A stretch of 64,000 bases of DNA, taken from IMG/VR virus record IMGVR_UViG_2869221657_000003, positions 20,732 through 84,731 of that record; one strand, 5' to 3'. Under the pieces are notes generated by a model. The model ran no database searches, was not told the DNA's origin, and saw nothing but the letters and a program-made list of their open reading frames with translations. This stretch comes from a virus (lineage: Duplodnaviria > Caudoviricetes). Below, piece after piece: positions 26,520-36,107 of this stretch; the first letter of the stretch is position 1, and the number at the start of each line of letters is the position of its first letter. A program made the position numbers and the translations under genes.

Positions 26520-27359
26520 CTAGGCGATACCCAACCGCTCTAGCACGCGGGTAACCGTGCGCTCGGCGCTGTCCTGGCGCTCGCCCAGGCGCACAGCGGG
26601 CAGATACACAGCGTTCTCCCCGTAGCTTTCCTCTACGTGTACCGCGCCAGTCTCAACGCAACCGTAGCCCGCGCCGACACCGTAACGACGTTGCATGTCG
26701 GGAGTAAGCCGGTGCATAGCGTTAAAGCACAGCGCGCGCAACATGCTTGGATCGGTGAACGCGTACATCACGGACCCCATGTCCAGCGGTTGACCAGCGG
26801 CACGGATACGCACAGCGATACGGAAATGGTGGGCAATCTCGCGGCCATTACTGCGGCCAATGTTGGTGGAGTCAACCCACAACTCAGTAGCACGCCCGGA
26901 CGTTTCAATCGCTTTGATCAGCGCCACAACCAAACGCCCGCGCGTCTCAAGTTCCTCCTTGTCGATGCCGCCGGATGCATTCACGTTGCTAACTATGGTC
27001 ACAACGGGCGTGGTCTTGGGCTTGTCCTCAAACACACTGTCGACCATGCATTCGGGCGTGCCGTCGAGAAAACGGCCCATGTCCACATATGAGCCGGTCA
27101 CGTCGTAAGTGCTGAACATGTCGATCTCGGTGACCTGGCGCATGGCGCTATCCACCATTGCCTTAGACGTGTCCAGCACGCGGACACCAAACTCGGGCAA
27201 TCCTGCCTTAGCGCGGGCCGCAGCCTCGCCCACACTGGCGCAATTAGAGAAAGACCGGCGGCATCGCTGGTAGCCAACGTTAGCGGCCTGGTAATCGGCG
27301 AACTCAGCAAGGCTCGGGTACTGATGAACCAGCAAGTTTCGGTTCTCAATGATCTGCAT
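26520..27359 (-). CDS. vWA-like partner protein, paralogue 2
   Basis: DVTGSYVDMGRFLDGTPECMV; immediately downstream of the AAA+ gene. Confidence 0.6.
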   Translation of the reverse strand: MQIIENRNLLVHQYPSLAEFADYQAANVGYQRCRRSFSNCASVGEAAARAKAGLPEFGVRVLDTSKAMVDSAMRQVTEIDMFSTYDVTGSYVDMGRFLDGTPECMVDSVFEDKPKTTPVVTIVSNVNASGGIDKEELETRGRLVVALIKAIETSGRATELWVDSTNIGRSNGREIAHHFRIAVRIRAAGQPLDMGSVMYAFTDPSMLRALCFNAMHRLTPDMQRRYGVGAGYGCVETGAVHVEESYGENAVYLPAVRLGERQDSAERTVTRVLERLGIA

Positions 27360-27479
27360 GGTGTGCCCTTTCTGAGCGCGTGGTTGTGGTGTGAGTGTCA
27401 GAGTACAGTACCCGTACTCAAACGCAAGCGACCCGGCAAGACTAGGTGTCTTACCGGGCCGCTGTGCGCTAAGCGTGGC

Positions 27480-28697
27480 TTAGGCGGACACCTTAGACCA
27501 GGTGGCATCATCCATGCCCTTTTGAAGGGTCCAAGCCACTGCCTTATCCCAATCCAAGCCTTGCGCGAGCAGGGCGGACATGTTCTGAGATGCACGCGGG
27601 GTGATAGTCACGCCCGTGATTGCCTCACGCTTGACGTTCTTACGAACCTTTTGCACGTAGGCCACGGCCCGCTGTGTCACGTCACGCGGCGCACCCTTAG
27701 CAAGTGCCGCCATCATTTCGATGTTTTCGTCAATCTCGATGGTCAGCGCGATGAACCGATCCTTAAATTCGGCGCTGAATTTCTGAGCCGCCGGGAACTC
27801 CCAGGTCGGGCCGTCACCGTAAGTGTTGGTAGCGGCAATGATGACATGCTTATCGGTCAAGCGGACAATCTCACGATTGGGCAAGCTGATAAAGCGGTTG
27901 GACAACAGCGAGTTGAGCGCGGCCTGAATGCCGGGATGCGAGCGGTCCAGCTCGTCAGTCAACAGAATGCCGCCCTCAGGGTTAACGGCCCAATCGTAAA
28001 CAGCGGTAGGGATGAACTCGCCCGTGGCGGACATGTAGCCGCGCAGCTCGCTAGCGGTGCTTTGCAAGTGAAAGCCGATCACGTAGAACTCGCGGCCAGT
28101 AGCCTGGGCAACCTGCTCGCACATGTGAGTCTTACCCACGCCCGGAGCGCCGACCAGCTGCACATTGCAACCAGCCGCGATGGCGGTCAGCACGTCGCCA
28201 AACTGAGCATGGGTAACCCCGTCCACTTCCCGACGCTCAGTGTCGGTAAGGACGATGGTCCGCTCAGGCATAACCACGCCCTCTACGACCTCACGCGCAA
28301 TGCGTTCGACCTCGGCGCGGTCAATCTGCGGGCGGCCCAGAATGTCCCACAGTGCGTCGCGGGCATCTTTACTACCGCCCGTCTCGGTGCCGCCGGTCGC
28401 AACGGTTTCGGTAGCGGCCCGCGTGTCGACATTCTCGGTAGCGGTCTCGGTAACCGTCTCAGTGCCGCCCGTCTCGGTGGTGTTCTCAGTGCCGCCAAAC
28501 GTCTCAATGCAGGTATGCAGGTATTGAGTGCCGATCACCTGACCCTGATCAGCTGCCTTAGTGACCATGTTCTTAACGATCAGGTGCTCAGCGCCGTCCT
28601 GGTCCGTTGCCAGGTAGAACGGTCCCTCATTACCGCACTTGGCGCACGGCGTGCGAAGGGTGCGGATGGATTGCTTGGTAAGTGTGGTGACAGACAT
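27480..28697 (-). CDS. MoxR / CbbQ / CobS-type AAA+ ATPase with an N-terminal zinc motif
   Basis: Walker A GAPGVGKT, Walker B LLTDELD, AATNT, FKDRF; N-terminal CAKC. Confidence 0.85.
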   Translation of the reverse strand: MSVTTLTKQSIRTLRTPCAKCGNEGPFYLATDQDGAEHLIVKNMVTKAADQGQVIGTQYLHTCIETFGGTENTTETGGTETVTETATENVDTRAATETVATGGTETGGSKDARDALWDILGRPQIDRAEVERIAREVVEGVVMPERTIVLTDTERREVDGVTHAQFGDVLTAIAAGCNVQLVGAPGVGKTHMCEQVAQATGREFYVIGFHLQSTASELRGYMSATGEFIPTAVYDWAVNPEGGILLTDELDRSHPGIQAALNSLLSNRFISLPNREIVRLTDKHVIIAATNTYGDGPTWEFPAAQKFSAEFKDRFIALTIEIDENIEMMAALAKGAPRDVTQRAVAYVQKVRKNVKREAITGVTITPRASQNMSALLAQGLDWDKAVAWTLQKGMDDATWSKVSA

Positions 28698-28812
28698 GGT
28701 GTTGACCTCTCGGTGGTTGGTGGTTGTGGTGAGTCTTTACCGTACACCACGCGTACCCGATTGGACAAACGTTAGGGTACTTAAGTCGTACTTAGGGCGT
28801 GTTGCGGACGCC

Positions 28813-28846
28813 AAAACCCCCCGCTAGCTGGGCTAACGGGGGGCTA
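28813..28846 (-). terminator. Intrinsic terminator (leftward)
   Basis: Reverse complement CCCCCCGTTAGC-CCA-GCTAGCGGGGGG-TTTT. Confidence 0.65.
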
Positions 28847-28863
28847 AGGGTGCTTAGGTGCTG

Positions 28864-29124
28864 CTAGGCGTTGGACTCCAGCCATTCAAACACTGTGATC
28901 AGACGCGTATCACCACGCGCCCATTGCTCGGTAGGCAGACAGTGATCCCGTACCGCTAGGTGAACCTTTGACCCGTGCCAGCCGATCAGAATGCGTTGAC
29001 CGAGGTGCCGGTTGTAGATCACGACGCTTGCGCCGCGCTTGGCGTCGATTGGGTCAGGCTTAGGTGCTGTGACTGTCCAGCCGTGAGCGCGCGCAACGCG
29101 TGCCACTTCTGTGCGGATGCTCAT
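28864..29124 (-). CDS. Hypothetical protein
   Basis: ATGA-coupled leftward ORF. Confidence 0.5.
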   Translation of the reverse strand: MSIRTEVARVARAHGWTVTAPKPDPIDAKRGASVVIYNRHLGQRILIGWHGSKVHLAVRDHCLPTEQWARGDTRLITVFEWLESNA

Positions 29125-29306
29125 TCGTCGGTGCTGCTCATGCTCGCCACGGTGAGGATTGCGTTTAGCGCGCACGCCCAACCGATACCGGCGCACCACT
29201 TCACAGCGGTAGTCGTCTCGGGCCACAGGCCAGCGACAATCAGGAACGCTGCGCCGAACACGGATAGGCAGATTGCCGCCGCCGCTTTCTTGATATTGGC
29301 GTTCAC
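29121..29306 (-). CDS. Small two-TM membrane protein
   Basis: Two hydrophobic segments; GGAGG upstream. Confidence 0.55.
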   Translation of the reverse strand: MNANIKKAAAAICLSVFGAAFLIVAGLWPETTTAVKWCAGIGWACALNAILTVASMSSTDE

Positions 29307-29475
29307 TGGCTGGCCTCCGTGTCCTCAGCTAGGCACTCTGCGCACAGCGACCGGAGCGACGTTCTGGCCTGCCGAAGCCGCGTAAGCGCCTTTTCGGTCA
29401 CTTCGCCCTTCTCTAGATCCCGAATAGCCCAACCGATCGCTAAGGCCGCGCCATGCGTCACGTTGTCGACCTTGC

Positions 29476-29766
29476 TCACTGGTCAATCTCCGAATCTGTG
29501 TAGGTGTCGCAATCGTTGAGATAGACATTCCCGCTGGGGTCCTGGGTCACGGTGCAACGCAATACCGGGTCAGCGTGCGCCTTAGGGGTCAGTAGCGCCA
29601 CTGCCAGTAGCGCTAGCACGGTCACAGGCACGACGAACCCGAAGAAAAAGCGCCAGTAGGCGCGCCACGTTGCGGACATGTGCCAATGCGTCTCGGTCAC
29701 GGTAGTGATGCCCTCAGGGCTGGTTACGGTGCGCTTGCGGATAATCACAGAATCCCGCCCTTCCAT
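29476..29766 (-). CDS. Membrane / secreted hypothetical protein
   Basis: FFFGFVVPVTVLALLAVALLTPKAHA, signal-peptide-like. Confidence 0.5.
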   Translation of the reverse strand: MEGRDSVIIRKRTVTSPEGITTVTETHWHMSATWRAYWRFFFGFVVPVTVLALLAVALLTPKAHADPVLRCTVTQDPSGNVYLNDCDTYTDSEIDQ

Positions 29767-29914
29767 TCGCCATCATTCAGGGAATACCAAACGTCAGCGC
29801 TACGCCCATCCTTAAGGCGAATCGTCACGTACGGCTGCCTGTTGTAAAGCGCCGCTGTGCCTTGCCCGTCCGCCATAGCGTTAAGGGTGTCCAGTAGCGC
29901 TTGCAAGTGTTCGT

Positions 29915-30202
29915 TCACAGGGCACCGGCCCAAGACAGCATTTCCTCAATGTCATCAGCGGTAGGCATGGCGTCCGGGTCGCTGTGGTCCGCGTAGTCGT
30001 CCATGTAGGCGCTATGCACGTCGGCAATGTCCTGGGCGATCTGCTCGGCGCTATCCGTGAACATCAGGCGCGGCTTGTTAGTGATGGCGGACTCAAGCGG
30101 GCTCAGTGTCCCGTAGTACGTGCGTGGCCCGTAGTTGACGGGCTCACTGTCCCAGCGCCCTTGCCCTGCGCCTACTAGTGCGAAGTCCTCATATGCGCTC
30201 AT
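29915..30202 (-). CDS. Hypothetical protein
   Basis: GGAGG RBS; first gene after the promoter-like element at ~30250. Confidence 0.55.
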   Translation of the reverse strand: MSAYEDFALVGAGQGRWDSEPVNYGPRTYYGTLSPLESAITNKPRLMFTDSAEQIAQDIADVHSAYMDDYADHSDPDAMPTADDIEEMLSWAGAL

Positions 30203-30716
30203 GTGTCGCGCCTCCTATGTGGTGGTGAGTGGTTGTGGTGAGCCCTCACCGTACGCCACGCGTACGCATACATGCAACAAGCGACACGCACTAGGTACAG
30301 CACACGTACGCAACGCCACCTCAGTGCCACGTAGGCACGTCAACACGCACACACCCTTGCCAGCACTAGCGCACGCCCTTACAGGCGCTCACAGGGGCGC
30401 TAAGCACGCACGCGCCAGCAACGCACACACAAGCGCACCGCAACCACGCCCTAGGTACGCCCCTAGTACCCGATCCCCTAACACCCCCTACGAGCCCCTA
30501 ATGCCCTAGTGCTAGCAGACCGGCTAACCCAATGAACAGGGCGAGACACCAGGCCATGCGTTGTTTCGCACACACACAGCCTGACCAGCGCAAAGCTAAG
30601 CAAAACGTGTGACTAAGACACACACCACAATGTTTGCTGAGCCAGCTATGTGTAACCGGGCCGCAGTGCTAACAGTGCAGCTCAGGGCATGTTTCCGCGG
30701 CCTAAGGTGACCTAAG

Positions 30717-30795
30717 CGACCCCCCTGGGGGGTGTCCAGCGCGTTAGCCGCCAGCTCTCCTCGTACGGCCAGCGATCCCTCTCTCTCTGGGATTT
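30717..30795. other. Probable packaging / cos end region
   Basis: Non-coding; CCCCCCTGGGGGG palindrome and a CTCTCTCTC tract just upstream of the terminase operon. Exact cut site not determinable. Confidence 0.4.
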
Positions 30796-30861
30796 CAGGC
30801 CATAACTAAGCGACCTTAGGTGCTCTAAAACTGCTGGTCGCACCCAATTTTGGAGGTTTTC

Positions 30862-31224
30862 ATGGGTGGTCGGGGTAGTTCGGGCTCTGCGGGGGCCGGT
30901 TCGCGTGACCGGAGTTCGCGGAAAGCGACTCGGGAAGCTTATGCGGCCAAATTGACGACTGCGCCGAGGTCCAACAGGGATTCCGCTCATTTTCGGGAGC
31001 TTGCGGAGTATCACGGGTGGACTCGGAGCGCTTTTGAACGGCATGGCCGGTCTGAATATGTCTCCTATGTCAAGGGTGACCTCAAGGTTGGTATTCATTT
31101 CACGCCAACTGGGCGTTTAGGTTCGGCGACTCTGACTAAGGGTGGCTTTGAGACTGCGCGGGTGCTCCCGAAGTTTGGAAATAAGCGGTCCAAGGTCAAT
31201 GCGATGTTGATAGGAGCTAAATAA
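30862..31224 (+). CDS. MGGRG-leader basic protein, first gene of the packaging operon
   Basis: GGAGG RBS; MGGRGSSGSAGAGS N-terminus; coupled to TerS. Confidence 0.7.
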   Translation: MGGRGSSGSAGAGSRDRSSRKATREAYAAKLTTAPRSNRDSAHFRELAEYHGWTRSAFERHGRSEYVSYVKGDLKVGIHFTPTGRLGSATLTKGGFETARVLPKFGNKRSKVNAMLIGAK

Positions 31225-31619
31225 TGCCGCCACGTAAGCGGGCTGTACCTAAAAAGGACTTTCCACCTGGCCTTTTGGAGGCTGGGCAGGAGCTTTGGAT
31301 GAGCATTAGTGCGGAGCGTCAGTTGGATGCCGCGTCAAAGGTTCTTTTGATCAATGCTTGTCGCATCGCTGATCGGCTTGATGCGCTTGATTCTGAGATT
31401 GATGGCCGGTTGGTTTCGTTTAATGCGCGGGGTGATGAGGTTATTAACCCGCTTATCTCTGAGCATCGCCAGCAGTACACGACTTTGGCGAACATTTTGT
31501 CGAAGATGGGGCTGGGGGAGTTGCCTAAGCCGAAGCAGGGCGGGTCTCGTTGGGATGAGTTGGCGGCGAAGCGCGCGGAGCGTGCTGCTGCCCAGGCCGA
31601 CGCCGCGAGGGTGGCGTAA
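31224..31619 (+). CDS. Terminase small subunit
   Basis: GQELW...ACRIADRLD...INPLISEHRQQ...LGL; upstream of TerL. Confidence 0.85.
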   Translation: MPPRKRAVPKKDFPPGLLEAGQELWMSISAERQLDAASKVLLINACRIADRLDALDSEIDGRLVSFNARGDEVINPLISEHRQQYTTLANILSKMGLGELPKPKQGGSRWDELAAKRAERAAAQADAARVA

Positions 31620-31771
31620 TTGCCCGGAATGATGTTCAAGCCCGCTGGCTGGTATTCGTGCGGCTGCTGCCATGAGGCGCAGAACCGCCATGAGGGCCGG
31701 GCTTATGAGAAACGCAATTGGCAGCGTGAAGCTGAGGCCGAGCGAGAGGACTTTGGTGATGTTTAGTGGCA

Positions 31772-33331
31772 ATGACGGTTATCGAGTCGATCCCGACTCA
31801 AAGGCCGGTCGAATCTGAGTCCCAACTTTGGACGCCTATTGATGACAAGCTTACCGAATGGCGGTCTAAGGGTCTAGTTGGCGATCAGAAGCCGCGTCTG
31901 TCGAATTATCCGACGTTCTTTACGTCGCTTGAAGACGACGGCATGGACTTCATTGAGGCTTATGGCTATGACCTGTTGCCGTGGCAGGAAGCTTTGTTTA
32001 GGGCTTCTCTTGGCCGCACTCCGGAGGATTTGTGGGCGTGCCGTCAGGTATGTCTGATCATTCCTCGCCAGCAGGGCAAGACGGAGCTGCTTGAGGCGCG
32101 GGAGTTCTACGGCCTGTTCGGGCTGAATGAGAAGATTTTCCATACTTCGCAGCAGGCTAAGACTAATACGCAGGCTTGGCAGGCGTTAACGAGTCGGATT
32201 GATTCGTATCCGGACCTTGAGGAATTGGTTCTGCCGCATAAGAACGGCGGCGAGGAAGTTTCGATCCGGCTGCGGAAGCGGGATGACAATCCTGAGCCGG
32301 GCTATGTGCGGTATATCGCTCGTTCTCCTAACTCTGGTCGTGGTTTCCGTGATATCGACCTGGTGATGTGCGATGAGGCTTATGCCTTGTCTGCTGCTGA
32401 GATTGCGGCGCTTGGTCCTACTCAGCGTGCTAACCGGAATCCGCAGACTTGGTTTACGAGTTCTGCTGGTACGGAGGATTCGGAAATCCTGACCGGTATT
32501 CGGGATGCGGGTATTGCCCACGCTAACGAGGCTTTGTTGTTCGCGGAGTGGTCCCTTGAGGAAGGGGCTGATCCTTCGGACCGGACGTTGTGGCCTGTGG
32601 CGCAGCCGAGCTTGGGTGCTCCGTTCTGCACGCTTAGGAATCTTGAGTCTGAGTTTGTTGGTTTGCCGTTTGTCGAGTTCGCCCGTGAGCACATGGGTAT
32701 GTGGGATGACCCGCGAGTTAACTCGGTTATTCCGTTTGATAAGTGGGAGGACTGCAAGCTAGAGGACTTGGCGGATGGCGAGCAGCCGTCAGTTGAGGTT
32801 TTGTGGACTGTCGCTTGTGTGGATGTGGCCCCGGATCGAGCTTGGGCTTCTGTTGCTTTGGCTGGTAAGCGTCCGGATGGTAAGTCGCATGTTGAGGTTA
32901 TCGCTGCGGATAAGGGCACGAATTGGATTGTGCCGACGATGCAGCGCCTTATTAGTTCTGCTACGCCGCCGAGGGCGGTTGCTTTGCAGGCTGGTGCGCA
33001 GGCTGGCGCGTTTTATGCGGAGCTTGAGCAGATTGGCTACAAGGTTCACATGTTGACGCCTCAGGAGGTTGCGGCGGCTACGGCGAAGTTTTATGACGAC
33101 GTTGTTAGCGAGAAGCTGACCCATCTTGACGATGAAACGTTGGTGCGCGGTTTGGCCGGGGCTACGAAGTATCCCATTGGAAAGATTGAGCATGGCGGTT
33201 GGGGCTGGCTTCGTAAAGGTACGAGCGTCGATATCACTGGCATTGTCGCGTGTTCTTACGCGAACCGAATTTTGACTTTGGAATCGGCTGAGGAAACTTT
33301 GACGAAGAAAAAGCGATACAGGATGGTTTAA
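31772..33331 (+). CDS. Terminase large subunit
   Basis: PRQQGKT Walker A, VMCDEA Walker B, ACVDVAPD nuclease motif, VDITGIVA. Confidence 0.95.
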   Translation: MTVIESIPTQRPVESESQLWTPIDDKLTEWRSKGLVGDQKPRLSNYPTFFTSLEDDGMDFIEAYGYDLLPWQEALFRASLGRTPEDLWACRQVCLIIPRQQGKTELLEAREFYGLFGLNEKIFHTSQQAKTNTQAWQALTSRIDSYPDLEELVLPHKNGGEEVSIRLRKRDDNPEPGYVRYIARSPNSGRGFRDIDLVMCDEAYALSAAEIAALGPTQRANRNPQTWFTSSAGTEDSEILTGIRDAGIAHANEALLFAEWSLEEGADPSDRTLWPVAQPSLGAPFCTLRNLESEFVGLPFVEFAREHMGMWDDPRVNSVIPFDKWEDCKLEDLADGEQPSVEVLWTVACVDVAPDRAWASVALAGKRPDGKSHVEVIAADKGTNWIVPTMQRLISSATPPRAVALQAGAQAGAFYAELEQIGYKVHMLTPQEVAAATAKFYDDVVSEKLTHLDDETLVRGLAGATKYPIGKIEHGGWGWLRKGTSVDITGIVACSYANRILTLESAEETLTKKKRYRMV

Positions 33332-34975
33332 ATGATTGATCTTCCCGACGAGATCGCGGATGGCGATGTTCGGAAGCTCATTGAGAATGAGTTTTGGCCG
33401 GAGTTTATTCGGCGGCGCGAGGGGCTTGACAAGATTGCGCGGTGGGTGCGGGGCGATCAGCCTGATTACCTGATTCAGAATGCTAGCCAGGAGAAGCGGG
33501 CTTTGCTTAAGCTTGCTAAGACTCCGTGGTTGGGTCTGGTGGTCACTCACTTTACGCAGGCTTTGTTTGTTGATGGCTATAAGGCTGAGGGTGCTAAGGA
33601 CAACTCGGCGGGGCCGTGGCAGACGTGGCACGCGAACAACATGCAGTCTCGGCAGATTGCGATTCACCGGGCGGCGCTTACCTACGGGTATTCGTTTGCG
33701 CGGGTGTTGCCGGGTGTGGCGCTTGACGGTGCCGACCAGGCTGAGATTCGTGGGGTGTCGCCGCGCCGTCTGCTGGCTTTGTATGAGGACCAGGTTAATG
33801 ACGAGTATCCGAGGTATGCGCTGGAGCTTGCTAACAACGGCAAGTCGGTGCGGCTTTATACGGATGAGTTCTATTACGAGCTAAAGATGTCGTCGCCGGG
33901 TAGTTTCCCGCGTGAGCAGACGATTAGGAAGGTTCGGCACGGTGTGGGTGTGTGCCCGTTCGTGCGGTACGTGAACATGATGGATTTGGACGGCTTCACT
34001 ATGGGTGAGGTCGAGTATCTGATTCCTGTTGCGTCCAAGATTGACAAGACTGATTATGACCGGTTGTTGGCTCAGCATTACAACTCTTGGAAGGTTAAGA
34101 CCGCTACTGGTATTGACGACCTTGACGCTGAGGCGACGGACGATGAGCGGTCGCGGGCGAAGCTGATCCTGGCGCATGACGATATTTTGATGCATGGCAG
34201 CCATGAGGCGCGCTTTGGCACTTTGCCGGAGACGAGCCTTGATGGGTTTATCGCGGCTCATACGCAGGATGTTGAAATCCTCGCTACGAACGCTCAGGTG
34301 CCGGTGTGGGTCCTTAATGGTTCTCTCGCCAATCTTTCGGGAGACGCGCTTACAGCGGCCACTAAGAGCACTATTCAGAAGCTTTACGAGCGTCAGATTA
34401 CGTTCGGCTCCGCGCATAACCAACTGTTGAGGTTGGCGGCGCATGTTGAGGGTGATTCTGAGGGTGCGCGTGACTTTACGGCTTCGGTGTCGTGGCAGGA
34501 CACGTCGGTGCGTTCGTTGGCTCAGGCCGTGGATGCGTATGGCAAGGCCGCGACGATGCTGGGTATGCCGAAAGAGTTCCTGTGGGGTCTGATTCCGGGC
34601 ATTACGCAGTCGGATGTTGAGCGGATGCGCGAGCACTACAACGACGACGACGAGATGACGCAGATGCTTCTGTGGTGGACGCCTAACGGTCCTGGGGGCA
34701 AGTTCGCCGCCGACATTGAGGTTGATACGCAGACGCAGATCATTGAGGCCCAGGGCGAGGTTCAGTCTGAGCAGATTGACCAGCAGGCGGCTCATGCTGC
34801 GGATGCTGCGGAAAAGGCTCAGGCGGCGGCTAAGTCTCAGGCGGTGGCGGTGGCTAAGGCCACCCCTGCCGCTCCGGCGGCTGGCCGTAAGACGGCTTCT
34901 ACGTCTAAGCGGACGCCTAAAAAGTCGGGCGGCGTGAACGGTAACGATCCGTCATCGAGGTCTAAGGCTGCATAA
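33332..34975 (+). CDS. Portal protein (SPP1 Gp6-like)
   Basis: Position after TerL; AHRAALTYG-type, NLSGDAL and W-x-D motifs. Confidence 0.9.
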   Translation: MIDLPDEIADGDVRKLIENEFWPEFIRRREGLDKIARWVRGDQPDYLIQNASQEKRALLKLAKTPWLGLVVTHFTQALFVDGYKAEGAKDNSAGPWQTWHANNMQSRQIAIHRAALTYGYSFARVLPGVALDGADQAEIRGVSPRRLLALYEDQVNDEYPRYALELANNGKSVRLYTDEFYYELKMSSPGSFPREQTIRKVRHGVGVCPFVRYVNMMDLDGFTMGEVEYLIPVASKIDKTDYDRLLAQHYNSWKVKTATGIDDLDAEATDDERSRAKLILAHDDILMHGSHEARFGTLPETSLDGFIAAHTQDVEILATNAQVPVWVLNGSLANLSGDALTAATKSTIQKLYERQITFGSAHNQLLRLAAHVEGDSEGARDFTASVSWQDTSVRSLAQAVDAYGKAATMLGMPKEFLWGLIPGITQSDVERMREHYNDDDEMTQMLLWWTPNGPGGKFAADIEVDTQTQIIEAQGEVQSEQIDQQAAHAADAAEKAQAAAKSQAVAVAKATPAAPAAGRKTASTSKRTPKKSGGVNGNDPSSRSKAA

Positions 34976-34991
34976 CTGAATAGGGGGTGGG

Positions 34992-36056
34992 TTGGCCGAC
35001 GACGCGGAAGATAAGAAGCGCAAGGCCGCTGCACTCCCCGAACTGACGCCGATTCCTGCTCTTGCTGCTTGGTATGCGACTCAGCATGTCCAAGCGCAGG
35101 AGGGGATCGCGGCGTCTGTGTCTTCGGGGTTGGCCCTGTTGTGGCCGATCATTAATTTGGGCGATCTGGACAAGTCGACACCTAGTTGGCTGCACGCAAC
35201 CACGCTGCAAATCGAAAAGGGCTGGAATGAGTCAGCCGAGCGAGCGTATGAGTACGTGCAACAGGCTTTGTTGTCGGTGGAGCCGGATGCTACGCCACCC
35301 GCGAGGGTGGAGACGAAGTTTCCCGTGCAGGAAATCCAAACTGCGATGCGGGTTCGCGGACCGGTTGAGGTTAAGCGCCAGATTGCGCGCGCTGTGCCTG
35401 AACAGGACGCGATGGAAGCCGGTAAGAAAGCCTCTGATGGTGTGGGGGCTACTAAGGCGACTGACGGCGGTCGCACTCAGGTCTTAGAGCTTGTGCGGAG
35501 GGAAGCCCCTAAGCGGCTTTCTCGGGGCAAGCCTATCGGGTATGCCCGTAAGACTGACGGTAATCCGTGCTATTTCTGCGCCATTTTGGCGTCACAAGGT
35601 GCGGTGTATTTCTCTGAGTCCAGCTTTGACCGTTCTAACTCGATGATTCGAGAGGTTAAGTGGACTAGCAATAAAGACAAGGGCACGCGGCGCGCTTTCA
35701 TAGGCGATGGCCCGGCGAAGGTGCATGACCATTGTCAATGCACGATGCGTCCGGTATTTAGCAAGAGTGATTCTTTAGATGATCGCGCCAAGTATTTCCG
35801 TGACCAGTGGATGAAGCACGGCAGGGGCGGGAAGGGGTCGGACGGTAAATATCGTTCGGCTGAGAACAATTTCCGCCGTAATTATGTGCCGCCACCACCT
35901 TACAGCGCAGATGTGCTGGATTTGAGCGAGCGTCGGCAGATTATCTCCGATGTTCAAAATAACCGTGAACTTTTGTTGGCTCGCGGGTTTAAGGCGGATT
36001 CGCCAAACGTCAAGTTCCTTGACGACTCGATTAGAAAACTAAGCGCTTCAGCTTAG
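34992..36056 (+). CDS. MuF-like / capsid maturation protein
   Basis: YARKTDGNPCYFCAILASQG...HDHCQC. Confidence 0.75.
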   Translation: MADDAEDKKRKAAALPELTPIPALAAWYATQHVQAQEGIAASVSSGLALLWPIINLGDLDKSTPSWLHATTLQIEKGWNESAERAYEYVQQALLSVEPDATPPARVETKFPVQEIQTAMRVRGPVEVKRQIARAVPEQDAMEAGKKASDGVGATKATDGGRTQVLELVRREAPKRLSRGKPIGYARKTDGNPCYFCAILASQGAVYFSESSFDRSNSMIREVKWTSNKDKGTRRAFIGDGPAKVHDHCQCTMRPVFSKSDSLDDRAKYFRDQWMKHGRGGKGSDGKYRSAENNFRRNYVPPPPYSADVLDLSERRQIISDVQNNRELLLARGFKADSPNVKFLDDSIRKLSASA

Positions 36057-36107
36057 GACGCGGGACAGTCACGCGTTTTTATTGACTGGCTTTTAAAGGA
36101 TTAATCA

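Noticed and set aside
27324-28775. 483-aa plus-strand ORF
   Set aside because: Antisense shadow of the AAA+ ATPase gene.
30135-30509. 124-aa low-complexity ORF in the C/A-rich region
   Set aside because: Thr/His/Ala-biased product of compositional skew, overlapping promoter dyads; likely non-coding.
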